The position numbers and the translations under genes were made by a program. Positions 47,170-55,357 of a stretch of DNA of 64,000 nucleotides are shown one piece after another. Origin of the DNA: Candidatus Methylomirabilia bacterium. GTDB lineage: Bacteria; Methylomirabilota; Methylomirabilia; Rokubacteriales; CSP1-6. Numbering within the stretch: the first letter of the stretch is position 1; every line of letters starts with the position of its first letter. The notes beneath the pieces are model-generated. The model did no database searches and was not told the origin of the DNA. It was given only the letters and a program-made list of their open reading frames with translations. The stretch covers positions 31,902 through 95,901 of the forward strand of contig JBGPTW010000004.1 in NCBI GenBank assembly GCA_041490825.1. Direction: 5' to 3'.

Positions 47170-48894
47170 ATGAAGCGCGCATTGTCAGTGATCGGAATCG
47201 TCCTCGCCGTCGCCGCCGGCGTCTGGGGCTATTTCTACACGCAAAGTCTCGGCAGCGCTCCGAAATACCGGCTGGCCCGGGTCGAGCGTGGCCCCCTCAC
47301 GGCAGCCGTCTCCGCGAGCGGCAACTTGAATGGCGTCATCATGGTCCTCGTCGGCAGTCAGGTGTCGGGTCAGGTCAAAGAGCTCTTCGTCGACTTCAAT
47401 TCCGTCGTGAAGAAAGGCCAGGTCATCGCGCGGATCGATCCGCAGATCTTCGAGGCCCAGGTCAACCAGGCAAAAGCCGACCTCGAAGCGGCGAAGGCGG
47501 CGGTGCAAAACCAGACCGCGACGGTGGAGAAGGCCAAGGCCGACGTCGAGAATGCGCGGGCGGCGCTGGCGCAGGCCAAGGCGCAGACCGCGAAGGCCGA
47601 CGTCATGATGGCCGATGCCAAGCGCACGTACGGCCGCAGCGCGGAGCTCTTCCGCCGGGACCTCATCGCGCAGGCCGACCGCGATACTGCCCAGGCGAAC
47701 TACGATGCTTCGGTCGCGCAGCTCGACGCCGCGCGCGCCAACGAGCAATCGCTGGCGGCCGCCATCCAGTCCGCGCAGGCGCAGCTCCGCGTGCAGGAGG
47801 CTCAGCTCAAGTCGGCGCAGGCCCAGGTCCACCAGAAGGAAGCGGCGCTCAAGCAGTCCCAGATCAATCTCGATTACACGACGATCCTCGCTCCCGTCGA
47901 CGGCATCGTGGTCTCCCGCGCGGTCGACGTGGGTCAAACCGTGGCGGCCAACCTCCAGGCGCCCACGCTCTTCACCATCGCGAAGGACCTCACACGGATG
48001 CAGGTCGAGACCAGCGTGGACGAGGCCGACATCGGTCGCATCAAGGTCGACGGACCTGCCACGTTCACGGTCGACGCCTTCCCGGGCGAAGTCTTCACCG
48101 GCCGGGTCACGCAGATCCGGAAAGCGGCACAGATCATCCAGAACGTCGTCACGTACACCGTGATCGTCGAGGTGCCGAATCCCACCGGCAAGCTCCTTCC
48201 CGGAATGACGGCCAACGTCAAGGTGGTCGTCGCCGAAAAACCGAACGTGGTGAAGGTCTCCAATGCCGCGCTGCGATTCCGTCCCGCGGGAGTCGACGCG
48301 GGACCGACGCCGGGGTCTTCGGGACGTGGCGGCCAACCAGGCCCGGCGAGTAGTGGCGGTCGGGCCGGTGGCGGCGCAGGTAGCGCCGGTGGCGGTGCCC
48401 CAAGCGCCGGTAGTGGCTTTGGAGCCGGAGGAGGCGGCCGCCAATCGCCCGAGGCGATGCGTGAGCGACTCGTGAAGGGTCTCGGCTTGAGCGACGAGCA
48501 ACAGAAGAAACTGGAGCCAATCCTTCAAGATAGTCGCGAACAGGTGATGGCACTTCGAGGCGAGCAGCTTGCCGACCAGGAACGCCAGGCGCGCATCCAG
48601 AAGGTCCGCGAGGGAACGCGCGCGCGCATCCGGGCGATCCTGACGCCGGCGCAGCAGGCGCGCTACGACGACGTGTCTGCATCCGAAGGGCGCGGCGGCA
48701 CCACCGGCCGAGTCTGGGTCGCCGGCCGCGACGGCAAACCCGAAGCCGTCTCGGTCACATTGGGACTGACGGATGGCACGGCCACCGAGGTGTTGCAAGG
48801 CCTGAAGGAAGGTCAGGAGGTCATCGTCGGCACCGCGAACAAGGCCACTGGACCCGGCGGCTCCCAGGGCGGCGCTCCCCGGCTGAGACTCTGA
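47170..48894 (+). CDS. macA: MacA-type periplasmic adaptor with a Gly-rich / LTxxQ-containing insertion (~150 aa) before the C-terminal membrane-proximal strand.
   Basis: Adaptor coiled-coil and lipoyl/beta-barrel domains. Then GGQPGPASSGGRAGGGAGSAGGGAPSAGSGFGAGGGG...ILTPAQQARY, then the MP domain (EVLQGLKEGQEVIVG). Confidence 0.75.
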   Translation: MKRALSVIGIVLAVAAGVWGYFYTQSLGSAPKYRLARVERGPLTAAVSASGNLNGVIMVLVGSQVSGQVKELFVDFNSVVKKGQVIARIDPQIFEAQVNQAKADLEAAKAAVQNQTATVEKAKADVENARAALAQAKAQTAKADVMMADAKRTYGRSAELFRRDLIAQADRDTAQANYDASVAQLDAARANEQSLAAAIQSAQAQLRVQEAQLKSAQAQVHQKEAALKQSQINLDYTTILAPVDGIVVSRAVDVGQTVAANLQAPTLFTIAKDLTRMQVETSVDEADIGRIKVDGPATFTVDAFPGEVFTGRVTQIRKAAQIIQNVVTYTVIVEVPNPTGKLLPGMTANVKVVVAEKPNVVKVSNAALRFRPAGVDAGPTPGSSGRGGQPGPASSGGRAGGGAGSAGGGAPSAGSGFGAGGGGRQSPEAMRERLVKGLGLSDEQQKKLEPILQDSREQVMALRGEQLADQERQARIQKVREGTRARIRAILTPAQQARYDDVSASEGRGGTTGRVWVAGRDGKPEAVSVTLGLTDGTATEVLQGLKEGQEVIVGTANKATGPGGSQGGAPRLRL

Positions 48895-49661
48895 TGCCGC
48901 TCATCGCAGTCGAGGCCCTCACCAAGGACTACATCCTCGGTCCCCACGCGGTTCATGCCCTTCGCGGTATCTCGATGCAGATCGACGAAGGTGAGTTCGT
49001 CGCGGTCATGGGACCGTCGGGCTCTGGGAAGTCGACGTTCATGAATGTGCTCGGGTGCCTCGACACGCCGACAACCGGCCGCTATCTACTCGATGGCGAG
49101 GACGTGGCGGGCCTGTCGCGCGATGCGCTGGCCCGCATCCGCAATCAGAAGATCGGCTTCGTCTTCCAGCAGTTCAATCTCCTGCCCCGCGTCAGCGCCC
49201 TCGAGAACGCCGAGCTCCCGCTGCTCTACTCCGGGCTTCCAACCCGCGATCGGCGCGCGCGCGCGCGCGAACGACTGGCCGCGGTCGGCCTCTCCGATCG
49301 CGCCACCCATAATCCGAGCCAGCTCTCCGGCGGACAGCAGCAGCGAGTCGCCATCGCGCGCGCCCTCGTCAACGACCCCGCGGTCGTCCTTGCCGACGAG
49401 CCCACCGGCAACCTCGACACGCGCACGAGCATCGAGATCCTTGCGCTCCTGCAGCGCCTGAACCGCGAAGGGTTGACGATCATCGTCGTGACCCATGAGC
49501 CTGACATCGCGGCCCACGCCGGACGCATTCTCACGTTCCGCGACGGCCATGTGCTCGGCGACGAGCGCGTGCCCGCGCCCGCCGATGCCGCCGCCGAGCT
49601 GGCCGGAATGAGAATCGAGGACGAGGAAGAGGAAGAGGAAGAGGAAGAGGTCGTCGCGTGA
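48894..49661 (+). CDS. ABC transporter ATP-binding protein (MacB type) with a C-terminal poly-Glu tail.
   Basis: GPSGSGKST, LSGGQQQRVAIARAL, VLADEPTGNLD. Ends EDEEEEEEEEEVVA. Confidence 0.9.
   Translation: MPLIAVEALTKDYILGPHAVHALRGISMQIDEGEFVAVMGPSGSGKSTFMNVLGCLDTPTTGRYLLDGEDVAGLSRDALARIRNQKIGFVFQQFNLLPRVSALENAELPLLYSGLPTRDRRARARERLAAVGLSDRATHNPSQLSGGQQQRVAIARALVNDPAVVLADEPTGNLDTRTSIEILALLQRLNREGLTIIVVTHEPDIAAHAGRILTFRDGHVLGDERVPAPADAAAELAGMRIEDEEEEEEEEEVVA
49612..49650 (+). repeat. (GAGGAA)n hexanucleotide simple-sequence repeat encoding the poly-Glu tail.
   Basis: gaggacgaggaagaggaagaggaagaggaagaggtc. Confidence 0.8.
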
Positions 49662-50890
49662 CGCTGTGGCATAGCGCCAGGATCGCGGTCGGAGCGCTCC
49701 GGGTGAACAAGCTCCGGAGCGCCCTCACGATGCTGGGCATCATCATCGGCGTCGGCGCGGTCATCGCCATGGTCGCCGTCGGCGCGGGCGCGCAGGCGCG
49801 CGTCGCGGAACAAATTCAGAGCCTCGGCTCGAACCTCATGATCATCCTGTCGGGCAGCGTCACCTCAAGTGGTATTCGGCTTGGCCAAGGGAGCCAGCTC
49901 ACCATCACCGAGGACGATGCGAGCGCGATCCAGCGCGAGGTGCCGACCGTGCAGGTCGCGGCGCCCTCGAACCGCGGTACCGCGCAGGTCGTCTACGGCA
50001 ACCTGAACTGGGCCACCGTGCTCCAGGGCATCACGCCCGAGTACCTGGAAGCGCGCGACTGGCTGGTGGAGACGGGACGCGGCATCGCGCAGGACGAAGT
50101 CGATGGCGCGGTCAAGGTCGCGCTCATCGGTCAGACGACGTCGCTCAACCTCTTCGGCGATGGCGACCCGCTCGGTCAGATCATCCGTATCAAGAAGGTG
50201 CCGTTCACGATCGTCGGGACGTTGTCGCGAAAGGGCCAGAACTCCTATGGCCAGGACCAGGACGACCTCATCCTGATCCCGCTGTCGACGGCGAAGAAGA
50301 AGGTCCTCGGCGTGGCGCAGTCGAACCCTCGGTCGGTGAGCGTGATCACGGTCAAGGTGCGCGCCGGTGAAGACATGAGCGATGCCGAAAACCAGATCCG
50401 CGGGCTCCTGCGCCAGCGCCACAAGCTCCAGCCCTACCAGGACGACGACTTCTGGGTCCGCAACCTGTCGGAGATACTGCAGACCCAGGAAGAATCGTCA
50501 CGCGTGATGACCTATCTGCTGGCCGCGATCGCCTCGATCTCGCTCCTCGTCGGCGGCATCGGGATCATGAACATCATGCTGGTGTCGGTGACGGAGCGCA
50601 CGCGCGAGATCGGACTCCGGATGGCCGTCGGCGCGCGCGGGCGCGACATCCTCGCGCAGTTCCTCGTCGAAGCCATCACGCTGTCGGCCATCGGCGGCGT
50701 CATCGGCATCGCGCTCGGCCTCGGAGGCTCCGAGGCGCTCAGCTATTACTTCCAGTGGCGGACCCTGGTCGCTCCGGAGGCGATCCTGATCGCCTTCGGC
50801 TTCGCTGCGACCATCGGGGTCTTCTTCGGGTTTTACCCGGCGAGAAAGGCCGCGCGCCTCGATCCGATCGAAGCGCTTCGCTACGAGTAG
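49658..50890 (+). CDS. macB: ABC transporter permease (MacB/FtsX).
   Basis: Start MTLWHSARIAVGALRVNKLRSALTMLGIIIG overlaps the ATPase stop (GTGA). FtsX C-terminus. Confidence 0.85.
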   Translation: MTLWHSARIAVGALRVNKLRSALTMLGIIIGVGAVIAMVAVGAGAQARVAEQIQSLGSNLMIILSGSVTSSGIRLGQGSQLTITEDDASAIQREVPTVQVAAPSNRGTAQVVYGNLNWATVLQGITPEYLEARDWLVETGRGIAQDEVDGAVKVALIGQTTSLNLFGDGDPLGQIIRIKKVPFTIVGTLSRKGQNSYGQDQDDLILIPLSTAKKKVLGVAQSNPRSVSVITVKVRAGEDMSDAENQIRGLLRQRHKLQPYQDDDFWVRNLSEILQTQEESSRVMTYLLAAIASISLLVGGIGIMNIMLVSVTERTREIGLRMAVGARGRDILAQFLVEAITLSAIGGVIGIALGLGGSEALSYYFQWRTLVAPEAILIAFGFAATIGVFFGFYPARKAARLDPIEALRYE

Positions 50891-50919
50891 CCTTCCCCAC
50901 CGGGTGCGGCTTCAACTCG

Positions 50920-51774
50920 TTACGGGAACTGATGCTCGTTCTCGAACTGCCTCACGCCAGCGCCGGGGGACGCCGGGCTCGCGGCCGGAGAGCTTCCTCC
51001 CGTTGCGTACACCACGACCTGGCTACCCGGCTGGAGGCTGGACACCGCCACGGGCTGGTCGCCGACGTAGACGACCTGGTCGCTCGTCGTCTGAATCGTG
51101 CGCCCATCGCTCAGCACGATCGCGGCGGGAGGATCGATCCGCACGACGGTGCCGCTCGCGACTTCCTGCATCATGGCGCGGCCGTCGCGCGCGGCGATTG
51201 GGCGGCTCGAGCGCACGACGACCGGTGTGCCGCCTCGCAGCGTGCTGAGCTGGACCTCTTGTCCGTTGGCCAACACTTGCGTGTCCCTGTCGAGCCACAC
51301 GTGACGTCCATCATCGAAGACGATCACGTGGTCGGTCGGATCCGCACGGAGCACGGTGCCAGCCACCTCGTAGGTCCCGGACTGCGACCTGGCGATCGGC
51401 GCGAGTGGCACGGAGGAGCTCGGCGGCGCCGCGGGCGGAGGCGGCGTCAGGGTCAGGGCCGACGGCGCCGTGACTCCGGTGGGCGCGCCCTCCGTGATCG
51501 CCACGTACCGGCCCTCCTCGAACATGACCGGTTGACCTGACTGGATGACGACGGCAGTCCCCGGCGTCAACGTGTCGAACGGCATGGACTGATTGTTGGA
51601 AAGAATGACCGTGTTGGGCACGATCTGCAGCATCTGGCCGTTATCGAGAACCACGACGTTCGCCGCGGGATCGATACGCGTGACCGTGCCGGTGACGGCT
51701 TGCTGTGCCGAGGCACTCGCGACCGACAGCATCGCGACGGCGGCGACCAGGACTCCGAAGCGTCGGATCATCAT
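50920..51774 (-). CDS. Secreted protein composed of three tandem ~55-aa repeat domains.
   Basis: Signal peptide MMIRRFGVLVAAVAMLSVASASA. Repeats begin GTVTRIDPAANVVVLDNGQ..., GTVLRADPTDHVIVFDDGR..., GTVVRIDPPAAIVLSDGR... Confidence 0.5.
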   Translation of the reverse strand: MMIRRFGVLVAAVAMLSVASASAQQAVTGTVTRIDPAANVVVLDNGQMLQIVPNTVILSNNQSMPFDTLTPGTAVVIQSGQPVMFEEGRYVAITEGAPTGVTAPSALTLTPPPPAAPPSSSVPLAPIARSQSGTYEVAGTVLRADPTDHVIVFDDGRHVWLDRDTQVLANGQEVQLSTLRGGTPVVVRSSRPIAARDGRAMMQEVASGTVVRIDPPAAIVLSDGRTIQTTSDQVVYVGDQPVAVSSLQPGSQVVVYATGGSSPAASPASPGAGVRQFENEHQFP

Positions 51775-51855
51775 GTTTCCCCCTGTTTGTAAAGCTGACG
51801 CGGGGCACGTCATGCCCCGCGCGAGCCGCGTGATGCCCCTCGAGGCTCGCGACCC

Positions 51856-52422
51856 TTGCGGCGAGGGTGCAACCGGGTTGCCACCGACGCCGGCAACTCG
51901 CCGGGTGGTGCGCAATCTCTGCTATCGTCATCGGCGATGCCTGATCGATCGAAGCGGTCGACCACCCGTGCCCGCGCGAAGCCACGTCTGCCACGCGCCA
52001 CTGCCGAGCACGCCCCCGATACGGCTCTCCTGCGACTGGCCCGGACGATCGCCGATGTCCGAGCCGCTGACGGGCCGGGGCGGCTTCAAGCCGCGCTCGA
52101 GCAGCTGGCCGCCGCCTACGGACACGACACGGAGGTGCCCGCGCTGCTCTTCGAGACGTGGCTCGAGCGCCGGCGCCACGGCCGTCTCGACAAGACGCGC
52201 GCACTCGCGGTCGCGTGGGCTCGCGAGCAAGTGCGTCTCGCGCTTCAGGAACTGCTGGAAGAGGAGTCGGCGCGTGGACGCATCCGCGCGGACGTCACGG
52301 CCGAATCGCTCGCGTGGATGCTCCTCGTGGGATGTGAGGCACTGGCCCACGAGCCGCCCGGCTCGGCGCCCGACAAGGTTCGGCTCTTGCTTGCGCTCGT
52401 CGATGGTGGCCAACGTTGCTGA
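51856..52422 (+). CDS. Hypothetical protein. The C-terminal region faintly resembles a TetR ligand-binding domain, and no HTH was seen.
   Basis: 188 aa. Helical, Ala/Leu-rich. Confidence 0.3.
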   Translation: MRRGCNRVATDAGNSPGGAQSLLSSSAMPDRSKRSTTRARAKPRLPRATAEHAPDTALLRLARTIADVRAADGPGRLQAALEQLAAAYGHDTEVPALLFETWLERRRHGRLDKTRALAVAWAREQVRLALQELLEEESARGRIRADVTAESLAWMLLVGCEALAHEPPGSAPDKVRLLLALVDGGQRC

Positions 52423-53201
52423 CGATGCCGGCCCGTCGCGGCCTCGTCCCTCTAGTGCGCGCGACGCTGACTGTTGCGCTCGCGCCGCTGCTCGTCGTCA
52501 CGCTGCAGCCGCACGTCACGGGCGCGGAGACGCCGAGCGACGCCGCGCTCGGGCTCATCATCCGATATCACGAAGACCCGACGCGCATCGACCGCGCGCG
52601 CGACCTCCTCGAGGCCGCGCTCGAGCGCGAGCGTCGCGTCGACACCCTGATCACCCTCGCCCGCGTCTATCTGCTCGTCGGCGACGTCCGCGCCACGACG
52701 ACCGACGAGAAGCTGGCCGCGTACGATCGAGGGCGGGAGCTCGGACGGCGCGCCGTCGAGCTGGCGCCGAAGAGCGAGGAGGCTCACCTCTGGTACGTCG
52801 CGAACACCGGCCGCTGGGGCCAGACGAAGGGCGTGATGCGCTCGCTCTTTCTCCTGCCGACCGTGCGTCGCGAGCTCGATGCGATCTTCGAGTTGAACCC
52901 GGCCTCGCCACGCGGCCACGACATCGCCGGCAAGGTGATGCTCGAGCTCCCGACGATCATCGGCGGTGACCGCGGCAAGGCCGAGGAACATTTCAAGAAG
53001 GCGCTCGCCGCCGATCCTCACTACACGCTGGCGAGGATCGATCTCGCGGGCCTCCATATCACGACAAGCCGCTACCGCGAGGCGCGCCAGGAGCTGCAGC
53101 GCGTCCTCAAGGAGCCGTCGCCCACGTACCCCGCGGACTGGAACGTCAAGGATCTCCCACGAGCCCGACAGCTCCTCGAGTCCATTCGCGACCGCCGGTA
53201 G
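52416..53201 (+). CDS. Secreted TPR-like repeat protein.
   Basis: Signal peptide, then helical repeats with Ala/Leu/Arg periodicity (HYTLARIDLAGLHITTSRYREARQELQRVL). Confidence 0.5.
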   Translation: MLTMPARRGLVPLVRATLTVALAPLLVVTLQPHVTGAETPSDAALGLIIRYHEDPTRIDRARDLLEAALERERRVDTLITLARVYLLVGDVRATTTDEKLAAYDRGRELGRRAVELAPKSEEAHLWYVANTGRWGQTKGVMRSLFLLPTVRRELDAIFELNPASPRGHDIAGKVMLELPTIIGGDRGKAEEHFKKALAADPHYTLARIDLAGLHITTSRYREARQELQRVLKEPSPTYPADWNVKDLPRARQLLESIRDRR

Positions 53202-53305
53202 CGATCGACGAGATCGTCCGGCGACTCCGGCGAACGTCCCGCCGCTGGAATCCCACCGCGCTTGCCCTCGTCGCGCGGGAGCGGCCAGACCCGTTCCGGG
53301 TACTC

Positions 53306-53845
53306 GTGGCATGCCTCCTGTCGCTCCGGACCCAGGACACGACCACGGGCCCAGCGGCGGCTCGCCTCTTCGCGCTCGCCGACACGCCGGCCGCGATGCT
53401 GCGGCTGACGGCCGGCCAGATCGAGCGCGCGATCTATCCGGTTGGGTTCTACAAGACGAAGGCGCGCATCCTGCTCGGACTCGGCCGGGCTCTGCTCACG
53501 CGCTTCGAAGGGCGGGTGCCCGACGATCTCGATGCGCTGCTTACGTTGAACGGTGTCGGACGCAAGACGGCCAACCTCGTCGTCACGGTGGCCTTCGGCA
53601 AGCCCGGCATCTGCGTCGACACCCACGTGCATCGGATCTCGAACCGCTTCGGCTACGTCAAGACGCGCACTCCCGAGCAGACCGAGATGGCGTTGCGGGC
53701 GAAGCTGCCGCGCCGTCACTGGATCGGCTACAACGATCTCCTCGTCGGCTTCGGCCAGAACGTGTGTACGCCGCTCTCACCGAAGTGCTCGATCTGTCCG
53801 GTGCGGGCGCTGTGTCGCCGCGTCGGCGTGACGGTCTCGCGGTAG
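53306..53845 (+). CDS. nth: Endonuclease III (Nth, HhH-GPD with a 4Fe-4S cluster). Homology extends upstream to about 53200 with no canonical in-frame start seen.
   Basis: LNGVGRKTANLVV (HhH), catalytic region, C-x6-C-x2-C-x5-C (CTPLSPKCSICPVRALC). The upstream in-frame RRWNPTALALVARERPDPFRVLVACLLSLRTQD matches the Nth N-terminus. Confidence 0.8.
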   Translation: MACLLSLRTQDTTTGPAAARLFALADTPAAMLRLTAGQIERAIYPVGFYKTKARILLGLGRALLTRFEGRVPDDLDALLTLNGVGRKTANLVVTVAFGKPGICVDTHVHRISNRFGYVKTRTPEQTEMALRAKLPRRHWIGYNDLLVGFGQNVCTPLSPKCSICPVRALCRRVGVTVSR

Positions 53846-54712
53846 ACGCAACGCGCGGAGCGTTTTCAGATTTTTGAGGTCCGCTGCCGGCTCGGGCTCC
53901 TTCGGTGTCTCGAGCACCTTGGGCACCCGCCGGAACCGTGGATCGTTCAGCAGAAACCGGAACGCCGGCCGTCCGAGAAATCCTTCGCCGATGTTGGCGT
54001 GACGATCCAGACCGGAGCCGAGCGGCGCTCTGGCGTCGTTCAGGTGGAACGCCAGCACTCGATCGAACCCGATGTGTCGCTGGCATTCGTTCATCACGGA
54101 CGTGTAGCCGGCCGCCGTGCGGATGTCATACCCGGCCGCGAACAGATGACACGTGTCGAGGCAGACGCCGAGCCGCTCGGGGCGCGCAGCGCGCTGGAGG
54201 AGGGCCCCGAGGTCGATCAGGCGATTGCCGATGCAATGGCCGGCGCCGGCGGTGTTCTCGAGCGCGACCTTCACCCGGTACCCCGCCGTTCGCGTCACGA
54301 CTTCGTCCAGCGCCCGCACGACGCGCGCGATGCCGGCACCCGCGCCGTCACCCATGTGCGAGCCGGGATGGATGACGACCCAGCCGAGCTCGAGCGCTTC
54401 GGCGCGCTCCAGCTCATCGGTGAAGAAATCCACCGCCTGACGCCACGGCGCGTCCGTCGGGTTCGCCAGATTCACGAGATAGCTGGCGTGGGCGAACACC
54501 ATGCGAATCCCGGTCCGGCGACGCGCTGCCCGAAACGCGCGCACTTGCTCGGCGTCGAGCGGCTTCGAGGCCCACTGACGATGACTCTTGAGGAAGATCT
54601 GCACGGCGCCACAGCCGAGCTCGGCGCCGCGCTCGAGCGCGCGATGGAGCCCGCCGGCAATCGACATGTGAGCGCCGATCTCGTCGCGGGGACGCGGCAG
54701 GCGGGCGGCCAC
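53777..54712 (-). CDS. nfo: Endonuclease IV (Nfo, AP endonuclease family 2).
   Basis: IGAHMSIAGG start region, TIM-barrel metal-binding His/Asp/Glu positions, ~40-aa C-terminal tail. It overlaps the 3' end of nth convergently by about 70 bp. Confidence 0.8.
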   Translation of the reverse strand: MAARLPRPRDEIGAHMSIAGGLHRALERGAELGCGAVQIFLKSHRQWASKPLDAEQVRAFRAARRRTGIRMVFAHASYLVNLANPTDAPWRQAVDFFTDELERAEALELGWVVIHPGSHMGDGAGAGIARVVRALDEVVTRTAGYRVKVALENTAGAGHCIGNRLIDLGALLQRAARPERLGVCLDTCHLFAAGYDIRTAAGYTSVMNECQRHIGFDRVLAFHLNDARAPLGSGLDRHANIGEGFLGRPAFRFLLNDPRFRRVPKVLETPKEPEPAADLKNLKTLRALRLPRDRHADAATQRPHRTDRALR

Positions 54713-54772
54713 GGCGCCCAGGCTACCACGCGGTCGCGGCCGACCGGCGCCGGTAGTGCGTCAGTTTGCTAG

Positions 54773-55245
54773 CCCGGATTATTCATGAACGAACGACGCG
54801 CGCGCCGGCCGGTGATCCGGCGGGAGACGGGCAGCCGGGGTCCTCTGACCACAGACGTCTTCGCCCCGATCATCGCCGAGCCGTTCCCACTCGTCACGGC
54901 TGCGTCGTCGCCTCGCGAGGCGGGAATGGCTCCCCCGGACCCCGGCGCCCCATCTCCCGCCGGGTCACCGGCCGACCCTGGTTATAGACGTTCATGAATC
55001 ACGCGCGCGGGACTGTTCGATGAACGACGCAGCCCGGGGACAGCGTGTTACCGCGGGCTGGCCGGGTCGGTGGGGGGCCGGTTGACCCGTTCCCGGAGCG
55101 TGCGATCGAGGGCAACCCGGTCGTGAGTGGGAACGGCTCGCGGGTCATCGGTCAAAGGGCCTCGTGGTCAGAGGCCCCTCACCGACCCGGCCGGCCCGCG
55201 ACGCCACGCGCTCGATTGCCGGCAAGCGTTCATGAATAATCCGGG
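54773..55245. repeat. About 470-bp intergenic element bounded by 19-bp perfect inverted repeats (CCCGGATTATTCATGAACG) containing three TTCATGAA palindromes and a strong hairpin. MITE-like or an operator cluster.
   Basis: 54773-54791 is the reverse complement of 55227-55245. TTCATGAA occurs at 54781, 54992 and 55231. Hairpin gggcctc-gtggtca-gaggccc at 55157-55177. Confidence 0.5.
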
Positions 55246-55357
55246 CAGGGAAAATTGATGCACTACCCCGGCGCCGCAGACCTTGTGAGCAGGACGGGCA
55301 GATGCTACAAGTAGGGCAGGCACCGCAGCATTCCATCCTCAACAACCCGGAGACGTC

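Noticed and set aside
49612-49650. Repeat array that might be mistaken for a CRISPR or minisatellite.
   Set aside because: It is a 6-bp in-frame coding microsatellite (poly-Glu tail), with no spacers and no cas genes. Reported as a simple repeat instead.
54766-54997. ORFs 54766..54987 and 54785..54997 (70-73 aa, Pro/Arg-rich) inside the TIR-bounded intergenic element.
   Set aside because: The translations are low-complexity and have no motifs. The ATGs arise from the TTCATGAA palindromes. More likely non-coding, although I mention leader-peptide-type tiny ORFs in the finding.
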